DNA of 56,855 nt from an uncultured Collinsella sp. (GTDB taxonomy: Bacteria; Actinomycetota; Coriobacteriia; Coriobacteriales; Coriobacteriaceae). The stretch is from NCBI GenBank assembly GCA_902496005.1, contig CABUZI010000001.1, forward strand, positions 1-56,855, written 5' to 3'. Below, piece after piece: positions 37,608-46,283 of this stretch. The position numbers were made by a program, and so were the translations under genes. The notes beneath the pieces are model-generated. The model was not told where the DNA came from. It made no database searches and saw only the letters and a program-made list of their open reading frames with translations. The stretch's first letter is position 1. Every line of letters starts with the position of its first letter.

Positions 37608-39332
37608 CTACGAGCGCAGTGTAATTTTATCGCGCAGCGACTTGAGGTCTTCGGTGACGGTGCGGTCTTCCTGGATCATCTTCTGGACCTTTTTGTAACT
37701 CGTGCTGACGGTCGAGTGGTTGCGGTTGCCAAATTCGGCGCCTACCGCCGTGGTCGTCATCTCGCACATTTCGATGGCAAGGTAGATAGCGATATGGCGT
37801 GCTTTGGCGATATTGGCGTTGCGACGCGGGCCGATGAGCTCCTCGTGCGTCACGCCGTACTGCTCTTCGATGACGGACTGAACCGTCTGGACGTTGATCT
37901 TTTTGGCCGATGTGTCGAAGTACTGGCTGGCGATGGCGTCGATATCGTCAAAGGTGAGTTCCCCTCCCTCGCGCTCGCGGTCGCCCGCCTCGCCGGCGCA
38001 GCGCTCGCAAAAGCTCTCGAGTTCGCGGATGTTGGTGCCTGAGACCTCGGCCATGTGTTTAAAGTGCTCGTCGGTCAGGTGCCCGCCGTCGCCCCCATAG
38101 GCCGCCAGCAGCGAGTCGTCGCCTGCCTCGGGAGCGGCGACGATGGTGTTCTCGTAATAGCGCTGCAAGATCTTGTATTTCATCTCGTAGCTGGGCTCTG
38201 CGACCAGGCAGAGCATGCCGGCGTTGAAGCGGCTGGTCAGACGCTCGTCCATGCTCAGGTCCTTGGGAGCGCGGTCTGCCGCGATAACGACCTTCTTGTT
38301 ATTGCGGATGAACTCGTCCATGAGCTGGAAAAAGTAGTCCACGCTCGCGCGCTTGCCGATGATGTTTTGGATGTCATCGATGATGAGCACGTCCACGCCG
38401 TGGTACGCCTGCATGATGGGGGCGTTGCTCTTCTTTTGGCGGTCGAACTCGGTCATCAGGTCGTCCAGATATGCCTGGGAGTTGGCATACTTGACCTTGA
38501 TCTCGGGCGACTTCTCGGCGAGCTCGTTTTTGATGGCAAGCAGCAGGTGCGTCTTGCCCAGGCCCGATTTGCCGTAGATGAACAGCGATGTGCACGTGCC
38601 GCGCTCGTCCGCGAGGGCGGCAAACTTGAGTGCCGAGCGATAGGCATGGCTGTTCTCGGGGCCGTAGACAAAGTTCTCAAAGGTAAATTTTGAGTTCGCG
38701 GCGAGCGGGGCTCCATCCGTATTCTGCTCGGCCGGCACGGTCGGTGCTGGCATGGGTGAAGCGGGGGTCGCAGCTTGCGTGGATTTAGTTGGCGCTCCGC
38801 CCTTCATCTGGTTCATCATGCGACGAAAATCATCGGCCGAGAGCGTGTTTTTGATTGCAATGCCCGAATCCGCGCCCGCCGCTGCGTCGTGAGCGATGGG
38901 CATGTGCGTGACGGGTGCGTTCGTTGACGTCGCCGCCGCGGTTGGCAACGGTGCCATGGTTTCACGGGAAACATCGCTGTGCTGGTGCTCGATTGTCGGC
39001 ACGTCGCCTGCGGAGGCCGGTGCCGCCGGGGAAGCGGCGGGAGCCGTGGCGGGCGCCGTCGCGGCAGCGGATTCCGTTGCGGCGCCTTGCGGTGCCACGA
39101 TGTCGAGCGCGATCGGTGCAAAGGCGATTTCTTCCAGATAGGCCTCAATAGTCGGCTGATGCTTTTTGAGCTGCGCGATGGCAAAGCGCGAGGGGGCCTC
39201 GATCGTGAGCGTATCTTCGGTCAGGCTTATGGCGCGCGATTGCCCCAGCATGTTGATGAGGCGTGCATCTTGGCCGTCGCGCTGGCAAAAGGCGATGGCG
39301 TCCCCCAGGATGATGCTTGCTTCCTCGTCCAC
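37608..39332 (-). CDS. dnaA: chromosomal replication initiator DnaA
   Basis: FTFENFV, YGKSGLGKTHL, LIIDDIQ, RLTSRF, NIRELE, domain IV; long Ala/Pro-rich domain II. Confidence 0.96.
   Translation of the reverse strand: MDEEASIILGDAIAFCQRDGQDARLINMLGQSRAISLTEDTLTIEAPSRFAIAQLKKHQPTIEAYLEEIAFAPIALDIVAPQGAATESAAATAPATAPAASPAAPASAGDVPTIEHQHSDVSRETMAPLPTAAATSTNAPVTHMPIAHDAAAGADSGIAIKNTLSADDFRRMMNQMKGGAPTKSTQAATPASPMPAPTVPAEQNTDGAPLAANSKFTFENFVYGPENSHAYRSALKFAALADERGTCTSLFIYGKSGLGKTHLLLAIKNELAEKSPEIKVKYANSQAYLDDLMTEFDRQKKSNAPIMQAYHGVDVLIIDDIQNIIGKRASVDYFFQLMDEFIRNNKKVVIAADRAPKDLSMDERLTSRFNAGMLCLVAEPSYEMKYKILQRYYENTIVAAPEAGDDSLLAAYGGDGGHLTDEHFKHMAEVSGTNIRELESFCERCAGEAGDREREGGELTFDDIDAIASQYFDTSAKKINVQTVQSVIEEQYGVTHEELIGPRRNANIAKARHIAIYLAIEMCEMTTTAVGAEFGNRNHSTVSTSYKKVQKMIQEDRTVTEDLKSLRDKITLRS
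38958..38973. promoter_or_regulatory. parS-like site inside dnaA
   Basis: GGTTTCACGGGAAACA, 14/16 match to TGTTTCACGTGAAACA. Confidence 0.65.
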
Positions 39333-39347
39333 TGTTTCTCCCGTTCT

Positions 39348-40700
39348 TTAGCTCTGAGCTCGCACGCGAGCGGCGCCGAGTTCGGTCAGATGGTATTTCT
39401 GGCCATGCTTGATGACCAAGCCAGCCTGCGCCAAGTCATTGAGCGTGCGTGACCAAGTGGGGGCCGAGTTTCCAAACGCCCTCGCCAGATCGGTTGCACC
39501 GCACGCTTGATTTTGCGCCAAATAGCCTAGTGCGGCGTTGCCGCGATCGCTTACGAACACGTCCGGTTGTGGCTGCGCATACTGATTTGCTGCATTAGGA
39601 TACATCATTTGAGCTGCTGGTTGTTGAGAACTCTGCATCGGCGGCACTTGCTGTTGAAAACTTTGAGGCCACTGTTGGTAAGGCTGCGGAGGCATCTGCT
39701 GGGCCCAGGGGTTGTACTGCTGCTGCGGCATCTGCTGGTACGGCTGCTGATATCCCTGCTGGTACTGCTGCGGGAACTGCTGGCCGTACCCCAGCGGCGG
39801 CATCTGTTGATATGGATATCCCTGTTGGTACGGCTGATAGCCCATTTGCTGGCCACCCGGTGCGCCCGTCGCCTGCTGCATTGCTGCCGCATCCTGATCC
39901 GCCAGCGGCACGGCCTCTGGCATGTTTGGCGGCATCGACATCGATGTCGCCTGGGGCTCTTGTGTGGGAAGCATTCCGGGCTGCTGCATCTGCCTCACGG
40001 GGGGCTGCATCTGCTGCGTTGCCATGGGCTGCTGCGCAAAAGCTCCCGGCAGGGGATATGTGGGCTGCTCCGTCTCGGGCCGCACGGCAGCACCGCGCCC
40101 GCCGGCACGCTCGATTTCCTGCACTCGTTTAGGGTTCAGGCTTACCGTAACCACGGTGCCGTTGCCCATGTTGTCCTCGATGGATACGGCACCGCCGGCG
40201 TTTTCCAAATACTCCTGCACCATGGGAAACCCCGCTCCGGTTCCACGGATATAGCGCTTCATCTTGCTGTTTGCGCTGGTAACGCCAAAGTCGAAAGCGC
40301 GTTCCTTGTCGTCGATGCCGGGTCCTTGATCAGCAAAGCGGATGGTGTCTCCGCCGTCCAGAATCGAGATGATGGGCTCGGCAAAGTGTGCGTGGATAAA
40401 GTTTTCGACAATCTCGCGGATGACCATGAGCGAGATATGGCCACCTTGTTCTTTCATGCACTGGTAGACGGTGTTGGTAGTCTCTTCCAAATACGTGCGG
40501 ACATCTTGCGGATCAATGACGATCACACGCGGTGTCGACAGCATGTCGTCATAGACGGCGATACGCGCGGCGTACATGGCTTTTGGCGCCTGCGTGGTCG
40601 TCTGCTCGCCTTCCGCACGCTCTTCGCGCACGCCGGTGATGTGCTCGTTGTCGGGTGCCGGGTCTCCAGAATCGACCATGGTGTAAAAGTCATCAGACAT
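39348..40700 (-). CDS. GHKL (HATPase_c) ATPase - Gln/Pro-rich linker - winged-HTH protein
   Basis: N-box EIVENFIHA, G1 DQGPGI, G2 RGTGAGF, GTVVTV; C-terminal GATDLARAFG.S..TWSRTLNDL..AGLV...YHLT. Confidence 0.8.
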   Translation of the reverse strand: MSDDFYTMVDSGDPAPDNEHITGVREERAEGEQTTTQAPKAMYAARIAVYDDMLSTPRVIVIDPQDVRTYLEETTNTVYQCMKEQGGHISLMVIREIVENFIHAHFAEPIISILDGGDTIRFADQGPGIDDKERAFDFGVTSANSKMKRYIRGTGAGFPMVQEYLENAGGAVSIEDNMGNGTVVTVSLNPKRVQEIERAGGRGAAVRPETEQPTYPLPGAFAQQPMATQQMQPPVRQMQQPGMLPTQEPQATSMSMPPNMPEAVPLADQDAAAMQQATGAPGGQQMGYQPYQQGYPYQQMPPLGYGQQFPQQYQQGYQQPYQQMPQQQYNPWAQQMPPQPYQQWPQSFQQQVPPMQSSQQPAAQMMYPNAANQYAQPQPDVFVSDRGNAALGYLAQNQACGATDLARAFGNSAPTWSRTLNDLAQAGLVIKHGQKYHLTELGAARVRAQS

Positions 40701-40719
40701 GCCGCTCGCAATCTTCCAA

Positions 40720-40870
40720 AAGGTTTCGAACAAATAGTAGCTCACCGCGCAATGTTTCTCATCTTTCGACAACTTTTCAAAACCTGTTGAAAACTTTGGA
40801 AAACGGGCGAAAAGTTCTCAACATTGCCAACATGACCTGTTGAAAACTCGATGAAATATCGTGAAAAGTT
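40720..40870. promoter_or_regulatory. upstream DnaA-box cluster
   Basis: TTTCGAACA 40724, TGTTGAAAA 40785 and 40838, TTCTCAACA 40815, TTGCCAACA 40824. Confidence 0.65.
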
Positions 40871-40943
40871 GTCATGCACCGCTAAATCGAGCTTGGCTTA
40901 TGGGGGAACCGTGTGAACTGCGCAACCTTTTACCTTTGATTTC

Positions 40944-40973
40944 TTGACATTTGAACATTGATTTCCCTACAAT
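40944..40973 (+). promoter_or_regulatory. rpmH promoter
   Basis: TTGACA-18 nt-TACAAT. Confidence 0.7.
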
Positions 40974-41045
40974 CTTCAAGCTCACGTGTCTATATCTGCG
41001 TCCGCGTCCCCGCGGACACTCGAAATGCAGCAGGAGGAACTTAAG

Positions 41046-41180
41046 ATGAAGCGTACGTATCAGCCTAATAAGCGTAAGCGTGCCAAGACCCATGGCTTCC
41101 GTGCCCGTATGGCCACTAAGGGTGGTCGTGCCGTGCTCGCCCGTCGTCGCGCCAAGGGCCGCAAGCGTCTCACTGTCTAG
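41046..41180 (+). CDS. rpmH: 50S ribosomal protein L34
   Basis: [22 protein letters not shown]. Confidence 0.98.
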   Translation: MKRTYQPNKRKRAKTHGFRARMATKGGRAVLARRRAKGRKRLTV

Positions 41181-41200
41181 CAGCGATACACACATCTCGC

Positions 41201-41539
41201 ATGAAGACTATTAAGTCTCGGCAAGATTTCGAGCATGTGTTCAGTCAGGGGCGTCGTTTCAATCACCCTCTGATTCGAATGACCATATGTGAATCGGTTG
41301 GCGAAGGCGACTCCGGAAGGGTCGCCTTCGTTGGTGCTAAGCGACTCGGTTGTGCCGTCGTGCGCAACCGATCTAAGCGTGTGATGCGCGAGGCCGCCCG
41401 CAGCTGCGGATTTCCCGTTGCGGGTTATGACATCATCTTGTTTGCAACTCCCAAGACTAGGGTTTCCTCGCCGCAGGAGATGGACAAGGCGTTGCGTTCG
41501 CTTATGAAGCGCGCCGGCGTTGCCGGGGAGGAGCGATGA
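41201..41539 (+). CDS. rnpA: ribonuclease P protein component
   Basis: [18 protein letters not shown] (RNR motif); synteny. Confidence 0.93.
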   Translation: MKTIKSRQDFEHVFSQGRRFNHPLIRMTICESVGEGDSGRVAFVGAKRLGCAVVRNRSKRVMREAARSCGFPVAGYDIILFATPKTRVSSPQEMDKALRSLMKRAGVAGEER

Positions 41540-41760
41540 GCAATCACGTTTTGCGACGTGTTGCCATCGCTCCTATTCGCATATATCAACAGGTTATTTC
41601 GCCCTTATTGCCTGACGCCTGCATTTATTACCCAACGTGCTCGCAATACGCCATCCAGGCGATTGAGAAGCACGGTGTTTTGAGAGGCTGCTGGCTTGCC
41701 GTGAGGCGCATCGCTCGCTGCAATCCCCTGCACGTCGGCGGTTATGACCCTGTGCCCTAG
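41536..41760 (+). CDS. yidD: membrane protein insertion efficiency factor
   Basis: [29 protein letters not shown]. Confidence 0.95.
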   Translation: MSNHVLRRVAIAPIRIYQQVISPLLPDACIYYPTCSQYAIQAIEKHGVLRGCWLAVRRIARCNPLHVGGYDPVP

Positions 41761-41789
41761 CGGGCACTCGCTATCGGAGGAAAACTTAC

Positions 41790-42560
41790 ATGTGGGATTG
41801 GATCGTTAACATCCTTTTCGAGCTGCTCAAGCTCATCCAGACCTTTGCGGTCGACTGGGGCCTGTCCATCATCATTCTGGTGGTCATCATCCGTCTGCTG
41901 CTGACGCCGCTTATGCTCAAGTCGACCAAGTCGACGGCTCGCATGCAGGTGCTGCAGCCCAAGATGCTCGAGATCCAGGAGCGCTATGCCGACGATCCCC
42001 AGCGTCAGGCCGAGGAGATGCAGAAGTTCTACAGCGAGAACAAGTTCAACCCCATGGCTGGCTGTCTGCCGCTGCTGATTCAGATGCCTATCCTGTTCGC
42101 CCTGTTTACATTGCTGCGCAACCTGCCGCAGTACTTTAACGACGGCACGTTCTCGTTCTTCAACATCCTGCCCGACCTGACCACCACGCCGAGCGCTTCC
42201 TTTGCCGATGGCTTTATGGTTGCACTGCCTGCGCTGGTTTGCCTGATCCTGTTTGCCGTCCTGACCCTGATTCCGCAGCTCTATATGTCGCGCAACCAGA
42301 CCGGCCAGCAGGCTCAGAGCATGCGTATGATGGCCGTTGTCATGACGGTCATGATGCTTTGGATGGGCTGGAGCCTTCCCGTTGGTGTTCTGCTGTACTA
42401 CGACGTCTCGTCTGCTTGGCAGGTTATCCAGCAGATTTTTGTGACGCAGAAGGTCATCGACAAGGCGAAGGCCGATGAGGAGGAGCGTCTTAAGAACGCT
42501 CCGCTGCAGGTTGAGGTCACTCGTCGCGAGAAGAAGCCGCGCCCGCACAAGAAGAAGTAG
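41790..42560 (+). CDS. yidC: membrane protein insertase YidC/Oxa1
   Basis: WGLSII, LQPK, GCLPLLIQMPI; synteny. Confidence 0.93.
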   Translation: MWDWIVNILFELLKLIQTFAVDWGLSIIILVVIIRLLLTPLMLKSTKSTARMQVLQPKMLEIQERYADDPQRQAEEMQKFYSENKFNPMAGCLPLLIQMPILFALFTLLRNLPQYFNDGTFSFFNILPDLTTTPSASFADGFMVALPALVCLILFAVLTLIPQLYMSRNQTGQQAQSMRMMAVVMTVMMLWMGWSLPVGVLLYYDVSSAWQVIQQIFVTQKVIDKAKADEEERLKNAPLQVEVTRREKKPRPHKKK

Positions 42561-42604
42561 TGGGATATCAATCTTATTTAGGTACCTAACTTTTGGAGTA
42601 CGTT

Positions 42605-43174
42605 ATGTCTGAAGAGATCATCGAGGATATGCTTGAGGAGGTTGCCCCGCAGGTCGCGGGCGATTATCCCGAGATTGCACAGCGCTACAAGGCTGGTGAA
42701 GAGCTGACCGATGAGGAGCTCGACACCATTGCCGATGTTGCGATTTCCATCCTGCGTTCCATCCTTTCGCACTTCGATGCCGCCAACTCTCCTATCGATG
42801 AGTATGAGGGCGACGAGGGTGAGCTGATTTTGGATGTAACGGCTCCCGACCTTGCTGTTCTCATTGGCCGTCATGGTCGCACTCTTGATGCTCTTCAGGT
42901 TATGTTCTCTTTGCTGGTGAGCCGCAAGCTTGGCTTTAGGTATCCGGTTGTAGTGGACGTCGAGGGATACAAGAGTCGCCGTCAGGATAAGGTCGCCTCC
43001 ATGGCTCAGTCTGCTGCCGAGCGTGCCATCCGCACTCATAAGAGTGTTTCGCTTCCGCCCATGAATGCCTACGAGCGCCGACTGGTTCACATTGCACTTC
43101 GTGGCAACGATGCAGTCGATACTCATTCTGAGGGTTCTGACCCTGATCGCCATGTGGTGATTGTTGCTCGATAA
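42605..43174 (+). CDS. Jag/KhpB/EloR family RNA-binding protein (KH + R3H)
   Basis: LIGRHGRTLDALQ, PMNAYERRLVH, SEG..P.R.V. Confidence 0.9.
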   Translation: MSEEIIEDMLEEVAPQVAGDYPEIAQRYKAGEELTDEELDTIADVAISILRSILSHFDAANSPIDEYEGDEGELILDVTAPDLAVLIGRHGRTLDALQVMFSLLVSRKLGFRYPVVVDVEGYKSRRQDKVASMAQSAAERAIRTHKSVSLPPMNAYERRLVHIALRGNDAVDTHSEGSDPDRHVVIVAR

Positions 43175-43192
43175 TCTACTCGAGCTTATGCT

Positions 43193-43224
43193 AAGGGGAC
43201 GTGGTTTCCACGTCCCCTTTTTTT
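43193..43224 (+). terminator. intrinsic terminator
   Basis: AAGGGGACGTGG-TTT-CCACGTCCCCTTTTTTT. Confidence 0.85.
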
Positions 43225-43270
43225 GTCAAAAGTTCTCGATACACTGATTTTTGTCAGAAAGGAGCTTTCG

Positions 43271-44008
43271 TTGTTAGTACTTACTGATCAGCAGGCTGAC
43301 GAGATGTTGAGTCGTCTAACTTCCTATTGCAAAGAGTATTCCTTGAGCGTAACTGATGTTGAGCTAAGGAAATGTATTCAGCATTTGGATTTGGTTCTAG
43401 AAACTAATAAGACAACCAATCTCACCCGTATTCTTAACGTAGAAGATGCTGCAGTACTTCATATCCTCGACTCACTTGTTTTGCTCCCCTATATCAACAA
43501 GGCTCCTGAGGGAGCTTTGCTCGATATGGGAACAGGTGCGGGCTTCCCTGGTATTCCATTAACCATAACCACGCATCGTAAAGCTACTTATATTGACTCT
43601 GTTGGCAAGAAGGTTGATGCGGTTAATTCCTTTGTCCATGCTCTTGGATTGAAACATGCTCATGCGGTTCATGATCGTCTTGAAGAATATGCTCGAAGCC
43701 ATAAGAAGCAGTTCTCTGTTGTAACCGCCCGCGCACTGGCCCCTCTACCGATTCTTGTTGAGTATGCGGCTCCGTATCTGAAGGATGGAGGGCTATTTGT
43801 TATAACCAAGGGCAATCCTTCGGATGAGGAGCTTGCTTCCGGCATGTCAGCAGCTAAGATTTGCGGCTTCACTTTGCTTCTGAATGACGCAATTGATTTG
43901 CCTGAAGGCTTGGGTCACAGGGAGTTCATTGTTCTTAAGAAGAGTCATCCAGCATCTATCTCATTGCCTCGTGCAAATGGCGTGGCAAAGAAGAATCCGC
44001 TTGCCTAG
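43271..44008 (+). CDS. rsmG: 16S rRNA m7G527 methyltransferase
   Basis: NLTRI, HILDSL, DMGTGAGFPG, TARALA; TTG start after AGGAG. Confidence 0.93.
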   Translation: MLVLTDQQADEMLSRLTSYCKEYSLSVTDVELRKCIQHLDLVLETNKTTNLTRILNVEDAAVLHILDSLVLLPYINKAPEGALLDMGTGAGFPGIPLTITTHRKATYIDSVGKKVDAVNSFVHALGLKHAHAVHDRLEEYARSHKKQFSVVTARALAPLPILVEYAAPYLKDGGLFVITKGNPSDEELASGMSAAKICGFTLLLNDAIDLPEGLGHREFIVLKKSHPASISLPRANGVAKKNPLA

Positions 44009-44009
44009 A

Positions 44010-44103
44010 TGTTTCACGTGAAACATAATGGATACTAACAACTTGCAGTGTTTCACGTGAAACATGGCGGTTGATATCGATTCGGAATGTTTCACGTGAA
44101 ACA
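44010..44103. promoter_or_regulatory. three perfect parS sites (44010, 44049, 44088)
   Basis: TGTTTCACGTGAAACA three times, immediately upstream of parA. Confidence 0.95.
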
Positions 44104-44142
44104 TCCTCCGTTTGACAGCTTTAATACACACCAGGAGGGACC

Positions 44143-44943
44143 GTGGGATTTCGCGACGTTAAGCGTTCTAAGAGCGCAAAAGACACGCGTATCATTGCAA
44201 TCATCAATCAAAAAGGCGGCGTCGGTAAGTCAACGACGGCTGTAAACCTTGCAGCAGCACTGGGTGAGCAGGGTCGTAAGACACTGATTGTCGATTTTGA
44301 TCCGCAGGGAAACAGCACCAGTGGATTCGGAATTGAAAAAGAAGACCTTGATCACTGCATCTATGATGCATTGTTGAATGATGTGCCGGCAGAATCGCTT
44401 GTTCTTGATACAAATTGTAAAAAAGTATTCGTTATTCCGGCTACAATTCAACTTGCAGGCGCGGAAATTGAGCTCGTAAGCGCAATTGCTCGTGAAACCC
44501 GCCTCAAAGATTTGCTTGAGCCGATTCAGGACGAGTTTGACTTTATTTTCATTGACTGTCCTCCTTCGCTCGGCCTGCTTACTATCAACGCTTTGACCGC
44601 AGCAGACAGCGTTTTGATTCCGATCCAGTGCGAATATTACGCACTCGAGGGCGTTACGAAGCTGCTTGAGTCAATGAAGATGGTCAAATCACGGCTGAAC
44701 AAGGGCTTAAACACCTATGGTGTGCTTATGACCATGTATGACTCGCGTACTTCACTATCGAATCAGGTTGTTGAGGAGGTTCAATCGTACTTTGGTGATA
44801 AAGCGTTTAAGACGCTAATCCCCCGTACGGTTAAAATCTCCGAAGCTCCGTCTTTTGGAGAACCGGTAATTACCTATGCACCTCAAAATAAGGGTGCAAA
44901 AGCATATATGAACCTTGCAAAAGAGGTGATCAAGCGTGCCTAG
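44143..44943 (+). CDS. parA: chromosome partitioning ATPase ParA/Soj
   Basis: NQKGGVGKST, DFDPQGN, DCPPSLG, EAPSFG. Confidence 0.96.
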   Translation: MGFRDVKRSKSAKDTRIIAIINQKGGVGKSTTAVNLAAALGEQGRKTLIVDFDPQGNSTSGFGIEKEDLDHCIYDALLNDVPAESLVLDTNCKKVFVIPATIQLAGAEIELVSAIARETRLKDLLEPIQDEFDFIFIDCPPSLGLLTINALTAADSVLIPIQCEYYALEGVTKLLESMKMVKSRLNKGLNTYGVLMTMYDSRTSLSNQVVEEVQSYFGDKAFKTLIPRTVKISEAPSFGEPVITYAPQNKGAKAYMNLAKEVIKRA

Positions 44944-45841
44944 TGTAAAGAAACGTGGCGGATTGGGACGTGGACTCAATGCTTTGGTCTCAGAGGCCGA
45001 GTATGAGACCGGCGGTTCGGCTGCATCGGCTTCAAATGCCGCATCTGAATCAAAACTACCTATTGAGGATATCGTTCCCAACCCTAATCAGCCGCGAATT
45101 CACTTTAACGAAACTGAACTTCGCGAGTTGAGCGAGTCAATCCAAGAACATGGCGTTTTGCAGCCGCTTTTGGTTCGCAAGCATGGAAACGGCTATGAGA
45201 TCATCGCTGGTGAGCGTCGTTACCAGGCGTCAAAGCTTGCTGGCCTTGAAGAATTGCCAGTCATCATTAAAGAGGTAAATGATGAAGAGATGCTGGCTCT
45301 TGCTCTTATCGAAAACCTTCAGCGTTCTGATCTGAATCCCGTCGAAGAGGCTAAGGGCTATCGCCAACTCATTGATGCCAGCGGGATGACCCAGGAGGCA
45401 TTGTCGAAGGCAGTAAGCAAGTCACGCTCTGCAATTACAAACTCGCTGCGTCTTCTCGATCTCCCCGAAGTAGTTCAGCAGATGATTTTTGAGGGCAAAC
45501 TTACTGCTGGTCATGCACGTGCGATTCTTGCAGTTCCCTATGAGGACGCTCGAATTCGACTTGCAGAGAAGGTTGTTGCAGAGGGCCTTTCCGTAAGAGC
45601 GACAGAAAATCTCGCTCCGTTGTTTTCTGCCGGAGAGACACCTAAGACGCCGAGGCCTGCAACGCCTCAGTCTTTTAAAAAGGCTGCCCGCGTGCTTCGT
45701 CAGGTTTTTAATACCAACGTGCGTGTGAAGAGCTCGCGTGGAAAGAATAAGATTGAGATTGAGTTTAAAGACGAGGAAGAGCTCTCTCGTATTCTTGGCG
45801 AAATGATTCAGTTTGATCAAGGAGGCCAAGATGAGGAATAA
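44936..45841 (+). CDS. parB: chromosome partitioning CTPase ParB/Spo0J
   Basis: GLGRGLNAL, PNQPR, IAGERR, ENLQR, HTH SRSAITNSLRLL. Confidence 0.96.
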   Translation: MPSVKKRGGLGRGLNALVSEAEYETGGSAASASNAASESKLPIEDIVPNPNQPRIHFNETELRELSESIQEHGVLQPLLVRKHGNGYEIIAGERRYQASKLAGLEELPVIIKEVNDEEMLALALIENLQRSDLNPVEEAKGYRQLIDASGMTQEALSKAVSKSRSAITNSLRLLDLPEVVQQMIFEGKLTAGHARAILAVPYEDARIRLAEKVVAEGLSVRATENLAPLFSAGETPKTPRPATPQSFKKAARVLRQVFNTNVRVKSSRGKNKIEIEFKDEEELSRILGEMIQFDQGGQDEE

Positions 45842-46085
45842 GATTTTAACTGCGATTGCATTGGCGACGACTGTCGCAGCTGGTGCCTTTGCTGGATATA
45901 AGATCGCGACAGACGATGAACTTCGAGGTCGTCTGCTTCGAGGCGCGCAAGATATCGTCGATACTTCCAAGAAGAAAATGAATGTTATGACAGAAGATGT
46001 TGCCATGCGTACAGCTCAGGTAACAAAGAATCCTAAGATTAATCAAGGTTGGGTTAGCAACCAATGGGAAAATGTAGGCTATTAG
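45831..46085 (+). CDS. small hypothetical protein with N-terminal membrane anchor
   Basis: GGAGG RBS; overlaps the parB stop; MRNKILTAIALATTVAAGAFAGY. Confidence 0.7.
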   Translation: MRNKILTAIALATTVAAGAFAGYKIATDDELRGRLLRGAQDIVDTSKKKMNVMTEDVAMRTAQVTKNPKINQGWVSNQWENVGY

Positions 46086-46209
46086 GTACCTAACAATTTT
46101 TTACTATATTTTGATGGGTCCTTGTCTGATTCACGAGACAAGGACCCCGTATTTTGGCCGTAAAAATGGGACCAGTAGCAGCTGATTCAAAATTAAGGTC
46201 AAGAAATGA

Positions 46210-46247
46210 AACGGCCACGGTTGCATTTCCTGCAACCGTGGCCGTTC
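46210..46247. terminator. hairpin between convergent operons
   Basis: AACGGCCACGGTTGCA...TGCAACCGTGGCCGTT; a second hairpin lies at about 46116-46147. Confidence 0.65.
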
Positions 46248-46283
46248 GATGTTTAACATGAAACGTTTTGGGGTGCGACTCCC

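Noticed and set aside
44010..44103. Regular repeat-spacer pattern resembling a mini-CRISPR
   Set aside because: The repeat is the 16-bp parS consensus next to parAB; it is too short for a CRISPR repeat and there are no cas genes.
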